A stretch of 64,000 nt of DNA, from positions 38,068,001-38,132,000 of the forward strand of contig NC_047020.1 of the NCBI RefSeq assembly GCF_902652985.1. The letters are read 5' to 3'. Shown one piece after another: positions 61,401 to 64,000 of this stretch. The position numbers were made by a program, and so were the translations under genes. Under the pieces are notes generated by a model. The model was not told where the DNA came from. It saw nothing but the letters and a program-made list of their open reading frames with translations, and did not search any database. This stretch comes from Pecten maximus. Taxonomy: Eukaryota. The first letter of the stretch is position 1. Each line of letters opens with the position of its first letter.

Positions 61401-62989
61401 ATGATTTTCTAGAGTGGGAGTATAACTCAATGATTTCCTAGAGAGGGAGTATAACTCAATGATTTCCTGGAGTGGGAGTATAACTCAATGATTTTCTAGA
61501 GAGGGAGTATAACTCAATGATTTCCTGGAGTGGGAGTATAACTCAATGATTTCCTAGAGTGGGAGTATAACTCAATGATTTTCTAGAGTGGGAGTATAAC
61601 CCAATGATTTCTTAGAGTGGGAGTATAACTCAATGATTTCCTGGAGTGGGAGTATAACTCAATGATTTCCTGGAGTGGGAGTATAACTCAATGATTTCCT
61701 AGAGTGGGAGTATAACTCAATGATTTCCAAGATTGGGAGTACAACTCAATGATTTCCTAGAGTGGGAGTATAACTCAATGATTTCATGGAGTGGGAGTAT
61801 AACTCAATGATTTCCTAGAGTGGGAGTATAACTCAATGATTTCCTAGAGAGGGAGTATAACTCAATGATTTCCTGGAGTGGGAGTATAACTCAATGATTT
61901 CCTAGAGTGAGAGTATAACTCGATGATTTCCTAGAGTGGGAGTATAACTCAATGATTTCCTAGAGTGGGAGTATAACTCAATGATTTCATGGAGTGGGAG
62001 TATAACTCAATGATTTCCTAGTGTGGGAGTATAACTCAATGATTTCATGGAGTGGGAGTATAACTCAATGATTTCATGGAGTGGGAGTATAACTCAATGA
62101 TTTCATGGAGTGGGAGTATAACTCAATGATTTCCTAGTGTGGGAGTATAACTCAATGATTTCCTAGAGTGGGAGTATAACTCAATGATTTCCTAGTGTGG
62201 GAGTATAACTCAATGATTTCATGGAGTGGGAGTATAACTCAATGATTTCCTAGAGTGGGAGTATAACTCAATGATTTCCTAGAGTGGGAGTATAACTCAA
62301 TGATTTCCTAGAGTGGGAGTATAACTCAATGATTTCCTAGAGTGGGAGTATAACTCAATGATTTCCTAGAGTGGGAGTATAACTCAATGATTTCCTTGAA
62401 TGGGAGTATAACTCAATGATTTCCTAGAGTGGGAGTATAACTCTATGATTTCCTAGAGTGGGAGTATAACTCAATGATTTCCGAGATTGGGAGTATAACT
62501 CAATGATTTCCTAGAGTGGGAGTATAACTCAATGATTTTGTAGAGTGGGAGTATAACTCAATGATTTCCTAGAGTGGGAGTATAACTCTATGATTTCCTA
62601 GAGTGGGAGTATAACTCAATGATTTCCGAGATTGGGAGTATAACTCAATGATTTCCTAGAGTGGGAGTATAACTCAATGATTTTGTAGAGTGGGAGTATA
62701 ACTCAATGATTTCCTAGAGTGGGAGTATAACTCAATGATTTACTAGAGTGGGAGTATAACTCAATGATTTTGTAGAGTGGGGGTATAACTCAATGATTTC
62801 CTAGAGTGGGGGTATAACTCAATGATTTCCTAGAGTGGGAGTATAACTCAATGATTTTCTAGAGTGGGAGTATAACTCAATGATTTCGTAGAGTGGGAGT
62901 ATAACTCAATGATTTCATAGAGTTGGAGTATAACTCAATGATTTCATAGAGTTGGAGTATAACTCAATGATTTCATAGAGTGGGAGTAT
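58466..62989. repeat. 29-bp tandem satellite (~156 copies) with higher-order blocks
   Basis: Unit ATAACTCAATGATTTCCTAGAGTGGGAGT, period 29. Confidence 0.97.
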
Positions 62990-64000
62990 TTAATGTCTTC
63001 TTACTCCACTTGAGGGATAATTTTTCTTCCCGTTTGGTAGCACCATCCTAGAAAACAATAGGTTTGAATTCCCAAGTAGGGGGATTTAGAAATAAAGACT
63101 TGTTTTGGTCTGGCTCCTATAGAGGGAGTTATTCAGTTCTGCTCTTACAAGCATCGCTGGTTACCTGAGAAGAATTGACTCGATCAGCTAGTGTCATTTC
63201 CCCTTTATTTGGTAGAGCTAGAGCGTCAGACTAACAAATGATAGATCAAGCTGGTTTGATCCCTTGTGGACAAAAATCTAAATGAGAATCAATTGAAAAT
63301 GTCTACAAATGAGGAAATGATAGGTATACAGAGAAACACACTTTCAGTGAAGAAAAGAAAATCAGATAAGATTTATCTGAAAAATATTGTATTTAAATCA
63401 ATCGAAGTTGAAGGATAGAATTAGGTATTTCATTGAAAAGATTCCATATGAAAAATATAAATATCTGTTTTTTAATATTTGTTGGAATTAAACCTTGATA
63501 TGGTTATTTATTATCAATAAATCAAATGTAAAAAAAAAATGTAAGATTTATTTACACTTTGAGTCAAGTTCTATACAGCCGTCGGGGACCAACACGTATA
63601 TGTATGTATGTAATTATATGATATTATACTGGACAAAACAGACCATATTTGTCCCTGGACCCTTTAAATTCCGCCTTCCTTCCTATGTTACTCAGTTATA
63701 AGTATGTGAAGTTGATAGGTCTAGGAGTAAATACCTGATTGATAGGACTTAGTTGGGGGTGGGAGGTCTGTAAACAAGCTATTTGATATTTGTCAGCTTA
63801 ACATGTCCATAACATCAACATTTGAAAAAGAAAATTGTATCTAGGCTTTAAATGTATCTTTTTTTTTTTAAATGGTAATTGCAATATACATATGTATATC
63901 CTTCAGGTAATTAAAAAATTGTCTAAAGTGTTTTAAAAGTGTCTATATTTGTAAGGAGTTTCCATATTTTAGAAAAAATCTGTCAACAAAATATTGTTTT

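Noticed and set aside
63200-63275. tRNA-like fragment
   Set aside because: Too degenerate to call; at most a SINE or solo-LTR relic.

Overview
AT-rich, intron-rich animal genomic DNA, probably a mollusc or bivalve (inferred from the repeat types, not proven). I reconstructed five host genes by hand from GT-AG exons: (1) a minus-strand, unrecognised gene with an acidic N-terminus and a BC/SOCS box, running off the left edge and carrying a one-base frame break near 7.48 kb; (2, 3) two tandem paralogous PLP-dependent class-V C-S lyases (Egt2/CefD/LCD-like), the second with altered active-site motifs; (4) TTC29 (-), head-to-head with (5) SUPT7L (+). The last SUPT7L intron holds a complete 8.75-kb PIF/Harbinger transposon with a CAG TSD, 31-bp perfect TIRs, an intact 4-exon transposase and an intact 5-exon Myb/SANT-like gene. 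Two miniature LTR elements (TRIMs) carry a tRNA-like Pol III unit inside each LTR. There are also several MITEs, SINEs and three large satellite arrays. The most striking recurring pattern is tandem arrays built from functional gene junctions: a splice donor copied about 116 times, another donor 7 times, an acceptor 9 times in frame, and a stop-codon region about 12 times. All calls are manual, with no database search.
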